Shown here in pieces: positions 1 through 10,000 of a stretch of DNA of 64,000 nucleotides. The position numbers and the translations under genes are program-made. The DNA is from a virus, in the IMG/VR virus record IMGVR_UViG_3300042890_006166, positions 1-64,000 of that record. One strand, given 5' to 3'. The notes under the pieces were generated by a model. That model was not told the origin of the DNA and searched no databases. It was given only the letters and a program-made list of their open reading frames with translations. Each line of letters begins with the position of its first letter. Position 1 is the stretch's first letter.

Positions 1-3000
1 GGTTCTTCTGGATCAAGTGGATCTTCAGGTTCTTCAGGAACATCTGGATCTTCTGGATCTTCTGGTTCTTCCGGAACCTCTGGATCTTCAGGTTCTTCTG
101 GATCAAGTGGATCATCGGGTTCTTCGGGAACATCAGGTTCTTCTGGGTCTAGCGGATCTTCTGGATCGTCGGGTTCATCCGGAACATCAGGTTCTTCGGG
201 TTCTAGTGGGACATCGGGTTCTTCTGGAACATCCGGTTCATCTGGATCAAGCGGATCATCTGGTTCTTCGGGAACATCCGGATCTTCAGGTTCTTCTGGA
301 TCAAGTGGATCTTCAGGTTCTTCAGGAACATCTGGATCTTCTGGATCTTCTGGTTCTTCCGGAACCTCTGGATCTTCAGGTTCTTCTGGATCAAGTGGAT
401 CATCGGGTTCTTCGGGAACATCAGGTTCTTCTGGGTCTAGCGGATCTTCTGGATCTTCCGGTTCTTCGGGATCTAGCGGATCTTCCGGATCCTCCGGTTC
501 ATCTGGATCTAGTGGATCTTCTGGTACAAGCGGGTCATCGGGTTCTTCTGGATCATCCGGTTCATCTGGATCTAGTGGATCCTCTGGTACATCCGGCTCT
601 TCTGGTTCAAGTGGATCCTCTGGGTCTTCTGGTACATCTGGATCAAGTGGATCTTCTGGATCATCTGGTTCTTCTGGAACATCTGGATCCTCTGGATCTT
701 CCGGTTCCTCTGGATCCTCCGGTTCATCTGGATCTAGTGGATCCTCTGGTACATCCGGCTCTTCTGGTTCAAGTGGATCCTCTGGGTCTTCTGGTACATC
801 TGGATCAAGTGGATCAAGTGGATCTTCTGGATCATCTGGTTCTTCTGGAACATCTGGATCTTCCGGTTCCTCTGGATCCTCCGGTTCATCTGGATCTAGT
901 GGATCTTCTGGTACATCCGGTTCATCTGGATCTAGTGGATCCTCAGGTACATCAGGTTCTTCTGGTTCGAGTGGATCCTCTGGATCTTCTGGTACATCTG
1001 GGTCTTCTGGATCAAGTGGATCTTCAGGTTCTTCTGGTACATCTGGATCTTCCGGTTCTTCTGGATCAAGCGGATCTTCTGGTTCTTCTGGTACATCTGG
1101 GTCTTCTGGATCAAGTGGATCTTCAGGTTCTTCAGGAACATCCGGATCTTCTGGTTCTTCTGGATCCAGTGGATCTTCTGGATCTTCGGGTTCTTCTGGA
1201 TCATCAGGTTCATCCGGAACATCGGGTTCTTCAGGTTCTAGCGGGTCATCAGGTTCTTCTGGAACATCTGGTTCATCTGGATCAAGCGGATCATCAGGTT
1301 CTTCCGGAACATCCGGATCTTCAGGTTCTTCAGGATCTAGCGGATCTTCTGGATCGTCTGGTTCTTCCGGAACATCGGGTTCTTCAGGTTCAAGCGGGTC
1401 GTCAGGTTCTTCTGGAACATCCGGGTCGTCAGGTTCTTCTGGATCTAGTGGATCATCAGGATCATCAGGATCTTCTGGTTCTTCTGGAACATCAGGATCT
1501 TCTGGTTCTTCTGGATCAAGTGGATCTTCAGGATCATCTGGTTCTTCTGGTTCTTCCGGAACCTCTGGTTCATCTGGATCCTCTGGTTCTAGTGGATCCT
1601 CTGGATCTTCAGGAACTTCTGGTTCTTCTGGATCCAGTGGATCTTCTGGTTCTTCAGGAACCTCTGGTTCATCTGGATCCTCTGGTTCTAGTGGATCATC
1701 GGGATCCTCTGGATCTTCAGGAACTTCTGGATCCAGTGGATCTTCTGGGTCATCAGGATCTTCTGGAACATCTGGTTCATCAGGATCTTCTGGATCTAGT
1801 GGATCCTCAGGATCATCCGGGTCTTCTGGAACATCTGGTTCTTCAGGATCATCTGGATCCAGCGGATCATCCGGGTCTTCTGGAACATCTGGTTCATCAG
1901 GATCATCTGGATCCAGCGGATCATCCGGGTCTTCTGGAACATCTGGTTCATCAGGATCTTCTGGATCTAGCGGATCTTCAGGATCATCAGGGTCTTCTGG
2001 AACATCTGGTTCTTCAGGATCATCTGGATCCAGCGGATCCTCCGGGTCTTCTGGAACATCTGGTTCATCAGGATCTTCTGGATCATCCGGTTCATCTGGA
2101 TCTAGTGGATCCTCTGGTACATCCGGCTCTTCTGGTTCGAGTGGATCCTCTGGTTCTTCTGGTTCTTCTGGATCATCAGGTTCATCCGGAACATCGGGTT
2201 CTTCAGGTTCTAGCGGGTCATCAGGTTCTTCTGGAACATCTGGTTCATCTGGATCAAGCGGATCATCAGGTTCTTCCGGAACATCCGGATCTTCAGGTTC
2301 TTCAGGGTCTAGCGGATCTTCTGGATCGTCTGGTTCTTCCGGAACATCGGGTTCTTCAGGTTCAAGCGGGTCGTCAGGTTCTTCTGGAACATCAGGTTCT
2401 TCAGGTTCTTCTGGATCTAGTGGATCATCAGGATCTTCTGGTTCTTCTGGAACCAGAGGAACTTCTGGTTCTTCTGGATCAAGTGGATCTTCAGGTTCTT
2501 CTGGATCCTCCGGTTCGTCTGGATCTTCTGGTTCTTCAGGAACCTCTGGTTCTTCAGGAACCTCTGGTTCATCTGGATCCTCTGGTTCTAGTGGATCCTC
2601 GGGATCCTCTGGTTCTTCAGGATCATCTGGATCCAGCGGATCATCCGGGTCTTCTGGAACATCTGGTTCTTCAGGATCTTCTGGATCTAGTGGATCCTCA
2701 GGATCATCCGGGTCTTCTGGAACATCTGGTTCTTCAGGATCATCTGGATCCAGCGGATCATCCGGGTCTTCTGGAACATCTGGTTCATCAGGATCTTCTG
2801 GATCTAGCGGATCTTCAGGATCATCCGGGTCTTCTGGAACATCTGGCTCTTCAGGATCATCTGGATCCAGCGGATCCTCCGGGTCTTCTGGAACATCTGG
2901 TTCATCAGGATCTTCTGGATCTAGCGGATCTTCTGGTTCGAGTGGATCTTCAGGATCTTCCGGAACGTCCGGTTCTTCTGGATCATCCGGTTCATCTGGA

Positions 3001-3420
3001 TCTAGTGGATCCTCTGGTACATCCGGCTCTTCTGGTTCAAGTGGATCATCCGGATCTTCTGGAACATCGGGATCTTCTGGTTCAAGTGGGTCATCGGGTT
3101 CTTCTGGATCATCCGGTTCATCTGGATCTAGTGGATCATCTGGTACATCCGGATCTTCCGGATCGTCTGGTTCTTCTGGAACATCAGGTTCTTCTGGAAC
3201 CAGAGGAACTTCTGGTTCTTCTGGATCAAGTGGATCTTCAGGATCATCTGGTTCTTCTGGAACATCAGGTTCTTCTGGATCAAGTGGATCGTCTGGATCT
3301 TCAGGTTCTTCTGGATCCTCCGGTTCATCTGGATCTAGTGGATCTTCTGGTACATCCGGTTCTTCTGGTACATCGGGATCTTCTGGAACCAGGGGAACTT
3401 CTGGTACATCTGGAACATCA
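1..3420 (+). repeat. Coding 9-nt (Gly-X-Y) tandem array, 380 triplets visible
   Basis: GGN every ninth base from nt 1 to 3420 (3420/9=380); X mostly Ser/Thr, Y mostly Ser; occasional GTR. Confidence 0.95.
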
Positions 3421-4020
3421 GTTTCTGTTTCGGGAACAACAAACACTGTAGTTAAATTCACAAGTTCAACAACAATAGGGAACTCCTCTATAACTGACAA
3501 TGGAACTGTTATTTCTTTGGGAAGTATCCCTGTTGCGATAGATTCAACTGGTAATACTGTCAAGATAAATGGAGCAGAACTTCAGACTAACGGCGGTAGT
3601 ATCAATATGAAAGCTGGAGGAAATATTGATGGAGATGGAACAAACATTTTGGACAACTTCGACATAATAAACGCAAATCAAAAGAATTTTGATATTCTTC
3701 ATCCTTCTAAAAAGGAACCATGGAGATTGAGATATTCGGTTTTGGAAGGTCCAGAAGTTGGTGTGTTTGTTAGGGGGCGTCTCCAAAATTGCAAAGAAAT
3801 CCTTTTACCTTATTATTGGGCGGATCTAATTCATTCTGATTCAATATCCGTAATTCTAACCCCTATAGGAAAGCCTTGTCTTTACTTCGTAGAAGAAATT
3901 CTAGATAACAAAATTTTAATTGGCGGCAATTGTGAAGAAATAAATCTTTTTTACACCGTTTTTGCCGAGAGAAAGGATGTTGAGCGTTTGGTAGTTGAAT
4001 ATATACAAAGTAATAAGTAA
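1..4020 (+). CDS. Giant Gly-X-Y (GSS/GTS) repeat fibre protein 1, 5'-truncated; C-terminal KxFxIxHP...LEGPE domain typical of phage tail-fibre C-termini
   Basis: Frame +1 from nt 1 reads GSSGSSGSSGSSGTSG... without a stop to 3420, then VSVSGTTNTVVKFTSSTTIGNSSITDNGT and continues in frame into the track's 3517..4020 ORF (TTG 3517 is internal). No start codon in the window, hence absent from the track. Confidence 0.85.
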   Translation, partial: GSSGSSGSSGSSGTSGSSGSSGSSGTSGSSGSSGSSGSSGSSGTSGSSGSSGSSGSSGSSGTSGSSGSSGTSGSSGTSGSSGSSGSSGSSGTSGSSGSSGSSGSSGSSGTSGSSGSSGSSGTSGSSGSSGSSGSSGSSGTSGSSGSSGSSGSSGSSGSSGSSGSSGSSGSSGSSGTSGSSGSSGSSGSSGSSGSSGTSGSSGSSGSSGSSGTSGSSGSSGSSGSSGTSGSSGSSGSSGSSGSSGSSGSSGTSGSSGSSGSSGSSGTSGSSGSSGSSGSSGSSGTSGSSGSSGSSGSSGSSGSSGTSGSSGSSGSSGTSGSSGSSGSSGSSGTSGSSGSSGSSGSSGTSGSSGSSGSSGSSGSSGTSGSSGSSGSSGSSGTSGSSGSSGSSGSSGSSGSSGSSGSSGTSGSSGSSGSSGSSGTSGSSGSSGSSGSSGTSGSSGSSGSSGSSGSSGSSGTSGSSGSSGSSGSSGTSGSSGSSGSSGSSGSSGSSGSSGTSGSSGSSGSSGSSGSSGSSGSSGTSGSSGSSGSSGSSGSSGTSGSSGSSGSSGSSGTSGSSGSSGSSGSSGSSGSSGTSGSSGSSGSSGSSGTSGSSGSSGSSGSSGSSGSSGTSGSSGSSGSSGSSGSSGTSGSSGSSGSSGSSGSSGTSGSSGSSGSSGSSGSSGSSGTSGSSGSSGSSGSSGSSGTSGSSGSSGSSGSSGSSGSSGTSGSSGSSGSSGSSGSSGSSGSSGTSGSSGSSGSSGSSGTSGSSGSSGSSGSSGTSGSSGSSGSSGSSGSSGSSGTSGSSGSSGSSGSSGTSGSSGSSGSSGSSGSSGSSGTRGTSGSSGSSGSSGSSGSSGSSGSSGSSGTSGSSGTSGSSGSSGSSGSSGSSGSSGSSGSSGSSGSSGTSGSSGSSGSSGSSGSSGSSGTSGSSGSSGSSGSSGSSGTSGSSGSSGSSGSSGSSGSSGTSGSSGSSGSSGSSGSSGTSGSSGSSGSSGSSGSSGSSGSSGTSGSSGSSGSSGSSGSSGTSGSSGSSGSSGSSGTSGSSGSSGSSGSSGSSGSSGSSGSSGTSGSSGSSGSSGTSGSSGTRGTSGSSGSSGSSGSSGSSGTSGSSGSSGSSGSSGSSGSSGSSGSSGSSGTSGSSGTSGSSGTRGTSGTSGTSVSVSGTTNTVVKFTSSTTIGNSSITDNGTVISLGSIPVAIDSTGNTVKINGAELQTNGGSINMKAGGNIDGDGTNILDNFDIINANQKNFDILHPSKKEPWRLRYSVLEGPEVGVFVRGRLQNCKEILLPYYWADLIHSDSISVILTPIGKPCLYFVEEILDNKILIGGNCEEINLFYTVFAERKDVERLVVEYIQSNK

Positions 4021-4022
4021 TC

Positions 4023-7000
4023 ATGCCAACCGGACCTTTTGGAACTTCAGGAAAAAACATACAGATTGAACCTAGGCAAGGTACTCTTAAATTCTTTGGT
4101 GCCGGGGGTACTGCTGAAAATCAGCCAATAACTTTTCAGGTGTTGGACAATGGTTCAATTAGAATATATCCTTCTGGACAGAGCGATTCAATTTTTATTC
4201 AGGCAACAGGGGCAACAGCTGGAAATGTACTTATTAACGATGCTTCTTTTGTAAAAGGGAGTGGTTTAATTCTTCCTATTTTTAATGACATAAATTCTGT
4301 ACCTAATCCAGCAGTGGGGATGATAATTTTTAATTCCTCGGATGGACAAATTTATAGATATACCGGTTCCGGATGGCAAGTTTCTGCCGGAACTTCCGGT
4401 ACATCCGGATCAAGTGGTTCTTCTGGATCATCTGGTTCTTCTGGAACTTCGGGATCATCCGGATCGAGTGGATCTTCAGGATCCTCTGGCTCTTCTGGAA
4501 CTAGAGGAACATCTGGATCTAGTGGATCTTCAGGATCCTCTGGTTCTTCTGGTACATCCGGATCTTCTGGATCATCCGGTTCAAGTGGATCCTCGGGATC
4601 CTCTGGCTCTTCTGGATCTTCTGGAACTTCAGGTTCATCTGGTTCAAGTGGATCTTCAGGATCCTCTGGTTCTTCTGGATCATCTGGTTCTTCTGGATCT
4701 TCGGGTTCTTCTGGATCTTCGGGTTCTTCTGGAACTTCTGGTTCATCTGGATCTAGTGGATCTTCTGGTACATCAGGTTCTTCTGGATCGAGTGGATCTT
4801 CTGGATCGTCTGGTTCTTCTGGATCGAGTGGAACTTCTGGATCATCTGGTTCTTCTGGAACTTCTGGTTCATCTGGATCTAGTGGTTCTTCTGGATCATC
4901 TGGTTCTTCTGGGTCGAGTGGATCTTCTGGATCATCTGGTTCTTCTGGAACATCTGGTTCATCTGGATCGAGCGGATCTTCGGGGTCTTCTGGATCTAGT
5001 GGATCTTCGGGATCATCAGGTTCTTCTGGAACTTCGGGTTCATCGGGATCTTCTGGATCTAGCGGATCTTCAGGTTCATCCGGATCTAGCGGATCCTCTG
5101 GTTCTTCTGGTTCATCTGGTTCGAGTGGATCCTCGGGATCTAGCGGATCTTCTGGTTCATCTGGATCTTCAGGTACTTCTGGACTATCTGGTGTAAATGG
5201 TACATCTGGAACTAGTGGATCCTCGGGATCTAATGGTACTTCTGGACTATCTGGTGTAAATGGTACATCAGGAACTAGTGGCTCATCGGGATCTTCTGGT
5301 TCTTCTGGTTCGAGTGGATCCTCGGGATCGTCTGGCTCTTCTGGAACATCTGGTTCTTCAGGATCCTCCGGATCTAGCGGATCATCGGGTTCTTCCGGTA
5401 CAAGAGGAACGTCTGGTTCATCGGGATCTTCTGGTTCTTCTGGTTCGAGTGGTTCTTCTGGATCTAGCGGATCATCTGGATCTAGCGGAACATCTGGATC
5501 TTCTGGTTCGAGTGGATCTTCAGGATCATCTGGATCTTCTGGAACGTCTGGTTCTTCGGGCTCCAGTGGATCTTCGGGGTCATCAGGTTCTTCTGGAACA
5601 TCCGGTTCGTCAGGATCATCTGGTTCTTCTGGTTCATCGGGATCCTCTGGATCTAGCGGATCTTCTGGTTCTTCTGGAACCTCTGGTTCATCTGGATCAA
5701 GTGGATCCTCAGGTTCTTCTGGTTCTTCCGGAACCTCAGGCTCTTCTGGTACTATGGGAACATCTGGTTCGTCAGGATCATCTGGTTCTTCGGGATCTTC
5801 TGGTTCGAGTGGATCATCAGGATCCTCAGGATCTTCTGGAACATCAGGTTCATCTGGATCTAGCGGATCCTCTGGGTCTTCCGGAACTTCAGGCTCTTCT
5901 GGTACTAGGGGAACCTCAGGTTCATCAGGATCCTCTGGATCTAGTGGGTCATCTGGTTCAAGTGGATCCTCGGGATCGTCTGGTTCTTCTGGAACTTCAG
6001 GTTCATCTGGATCCTCTGGATCTAGCGGATCATCTGGATCTTCTGGAACATCTGGTTCATCAGGATCATCTGGTTCTTCGGGATCTTCTGGTTCTAGTGG
6101 ATCCTCGGGATCTTCTGGAACATCAGGTTCATCTGGATCTAGCGGATCTTCTGGATCTTCTGGAACATCAGGTTCATCTGGATCCTCTGGATCTAGCGGA
6201 TCATCTGGCTCTTCTGGAACATCTGGTTCATCAGGATCATCTGGTTCTTCGGGATCTTCTGGTTCAAGTGGATCCTCAGGATCTTCTGGAACATCAGGTT
6301 CATCTGGATCCTCTGGATCTAGCGGATCCTCTGGCTCTTCTGGAACATCTGGTTCATCAGGATCTAGTGGATCCTCTGGTTCTTCCGGAACTTCAGGCTC
6401 TTCTGGTTCTTCGGGATCTTCTGGTTCGAGTGGATCCTCAGGATCATCAGGATCTTCTGGAACATCTGGTTCATCTGGATCTAGTGGATCCTCTGGTTCT
6501 TCCGGAACTTCAGGCTCTTCTGGTACTAGGGGAACCTCAGGTTCATCAGGATCCTCTGGATCTAGTGGGTCATCTGGTTCAAGTGGATCCTCAGGATCGT
6601 CTGGTTCTTCTGGAACTTCAGGATCATCAGGATCTTCTGGAACATCAGGTTCATCTGGATCTAGTGGATCTTCTGGATCGTCTGGTACTAGAGGAACTTC
6701 TGGTTCATCTGGATCTAGCGGATCGTCTGGATCTTCTGGAACATCAGGTTCATCTGGATCTAGTGGATCTTCTGGATCGTCTGGCTCTTCTGGTTCAAGC
6801 GGATCTTCTGGGTCATCAGGTTCTTCTGGAACATCTGGTTCATCTGGATCTAGCGGATCTTCTGGATCTTCTGGTTCATCTGGATCTAGCGGATCTTCCG
6901 GATCATCTGGAACTTCTGGTTCATCTGGATCCTCTGGATCTAGCGGATCTTCTGGCTCTTCTGGTTCGAGTGGATCTTCAGGATCATCAGGATCTTCTGG

Positions 7001-10000
7001 AACATCAGGTTCATCTGGATCTAGTGGATCTTCTGGGTCATCAGGTTCTTCTGGAACATCTGGTTCATCTGGATCTAGCGGATCGTCTGGATCTTCTGGA
7101 ACATCAGGTTCATCTGGATCTAGTGGATCTTCTGGAACATCAGGTTCATCTGGATCTAGTGGATCTTCTGGATCGTCTGGTTCTTCTGGAACTTCAGGTT
7201 CATCTGGATCCTCTGGATCTAGCGGATCTTCAGGATCATCAGGATCTTCTGGAACATCTGGTTCATCTGGATCTAGCGGATCTTCTGGCTCTTCTGGTTC
7301 GAGTGGATCTTCAGGATCATCAGGATCTTCTGGAACATCAGGTTCATCTGGATCTAGCGGATCTTCCGGATCATCTGGAACTTCTGGTTCATCAGGATCC
7401 TCTGGATCTAGCGGATCGTCTGGATCTTCTGGAACATCAGGTTCATCTGGATCTAGTGGATCTTCTGGATCGTCTGGCTCTTCTGGTTCAAGCGGATCTT
7501 CTGGGTCATCAGGTTCTTCTGGAACATCTGGTTCATCTGGATCTAGCGGATCTTCTGGATCGTCTGGTACTAGAGGAACTTCTGGTTCATCTGGATCAAG
7601 TGGATCGTCTGGATCTTCTGGTTCGAGCGGATCTTCAGGATCATCAGGATCTTCTGGAACATCAGGTTCATCTGGATCTAGCGGATCTTCTGGATCGTCT
7701 GGTTCATCTGGATCTAGCGGATCTTCCGGATCATCTGGAACTTCTGGTTCATCAGGATCCTCTGGATCTAGCGGATCTTCAGGATCATCAGGATCTTCTG
7801 GAACATCTGGTTCATCTGGATCTAGCGGATCTTCTGGCTCTTCTGGTTCGAGTGGATCTTCAGGATCATCAGGATCTTCTGGAACATCAGGTTCATCTGG
7901 ATCTAGTGGATCTTCTGGATCGTCTGGTACTAGAGGGACTTCTGGTTCATCTGGATCTAGCGGATCTTCCGGATCATCTGGAACTTCTGGTTCATCAGGA
8001 TCCTCTGGATCTAGCGGATCTTCTGGCTCTTCTGGTTCGAGTGGATCTTCAGGATCATCAGGATCATCTGGAACTTCTGGTTCATCAGGTTCATCTGGAT
8101 CTAGTGGATCTTCTGGATCGTCTGGTTCTTCTGGAACTTCAGGTTCATCTGGATCCTCTGGATCTAGCGGATCTTCAGGATCATCAGGATCTTCTGGAAC
8201 ATCTGGTTCATCTGGATCTAGCGGATCTTCTGGATCGTCAGGTTCATCTGGATCTAGCGGATCTTCCGGATCATCCGGATCTTCTGGAACATCAGGTTCA
8301 TCTGGATCTAGTGGATCTTCTGGTTCTTCTGGTACTAGAGGAACTTCTGGTTCATCAGGATCTAGTGGATCTTCTGGTTCGAGTGGATCTTCAGGATCAT
8401 CAGGATCTTCTGGAACATCAGGTTCATCTGGATCTAGCGGATCGTCTGGATCTTCTGGAACATCAGGTTCATCTGGATCTAGTGGATCTTCTGGATCGTC
8501 AGGTTCATCTGGATCTAGCGGATCTTCCGGATCATCTGGATCTTCTGGAACATCAGGTTCATCTGGATCTAGCGGATCTTCTGGGTCATCAGGTTCTTCC
8601 GGAACATCTGGTTCATCTGGATCTAGTGGATCTTCTGGATCTTCTGGTTCGAGTGGATCTTCAGGATCATCAGGATCTTCTGGAACATCAGGTTCATCTG
8701 GATCTAGTGGATCTTCTGGGTCATCAGGTTCTTCTGGAACATCTGGTTCGTCAGGATCTTCTGGAACATCTGGTTCATCTGGATCTAGCGGATCTTCTGG
8801 TTCTTCTGGTTCTTCCGGAACCTCAGGCTCTTCTGGTACTAGAGGAACATCTGGTTCGTCAGGATCATCCGGTTCTTCAGGATCTTCTGGTTCAAGTGGA
8901 TCCTCAGGATCATCCGGATCTTCTGGAACCTCTGGTTCATCGGGATCTTCTGGATCTAGCGGATCTTCTGGTTCTTCTGGTTCGAGTGGATCTTCAGGAT
9001 CATCTGGATCTTCTGGAACGTCTGGTTCTTCGGGATCTAGTGGATCTTCAGGATCATCCGGATCTTCTGGAACCTCTGGTTCATCAGGATCCTCTGGATC
9101 TAGCGGATCTTCTGGTTCTTCTGGTTCGAGTGGATCTTCTGGGTCATCAGGTTCTTCTGGAACTTCTGGTTCATCGGGATCCAGTGGATCTTCTGGGTCA
9201 TCAGGTTCTTCTGGAACGTCTGGTTCGTCAGGATCTTCTGGTTCTTCTGGTTCGAGTGGATCTTCGGGATCTAGTGGATCTTCAGGATCATCTGGATCTT
9301 CTGGAACGTCTGGTTCTTCGGGATCTAGTGGATCTTCAGGATCATCCGGATCTTCTGGAACCTCTGGTTCATCAGGATCCTCTGGATCTAGCGGATCTTC
9401 AGGATCATCCGGATCTTCTGGAACTTCTGGTTTTGCCACTTTATCTGGTTCTACTGATAATGGTGTATTAACTTTAAACGGTTCTTCACCCAACGTTACA
9501 GTAGAATCTGATTTAACTTACACTTCTCCTACTTTATCTTTTACAGGTACTGGCTCACCAACTACAGGTGCATCACAAATTTATTTAAATGGAGTTACAT
9601 CTAATAGGATTGATTTCAATACTAATGGAGCTGGTCCACCAGCATTCACAACAAGGAGTGCTGGTACTAAAGTTGTTCTTTATCCCAGTGTAGGTGCTGC
9701 TTCCGTAGACATTGGTATGGGATATATGGCTGACGGTGGTGTTCCTAGTATGTGGTATTCAATTATAGGATCAGCGGCTAATGGCGCTTACTATTGGTAT
9801 GCTGGTACAACACAAATAATGGCCTTAGTAAATTTAGCTGCTGGTACTAGAAGATTAGATTTGACTGCAGGTACAGTTACTAATCCATCGATCTCAGCAG
9901 GTTTAAATAGTGCTGATACAAACACTGGAATTTACTTTCCAGCAGCAGATACAATCGGATTCGTGGAAGGTGGAGTAGAGGTCATGAGGATCCATGACAC

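Noticed and set aside
17-3451. 1144-aa DLQVL-repeat ORF in frame +2 and short minus-strand ORFs in this span
   Set aside because: Shadow frames of the GSS array; the +1 frame continues into a recognisable C-terminal domain, these do not.
1-9428. CRISPR array, or ice-nucleation protein
   Set aside because: No constant repeat with unique spacers; the InaZ AGYGST-type 16-mer is absent.
1-9428. Very high GATC density as a Dam or restriction decoy
   Set aside because: Fully explained by GGA-TCN (Gly-Ser) codon junctions; no independent evidence.
4342-9493. Long overlapping ORFs 4342..5196, 5260..9471 (+) and the 1713-aa EPD-repeat ORF (-)
   Set aside because: Restricted codon content of the array leaves other frames stop-free; they begin and end with the array and have no unique domains.
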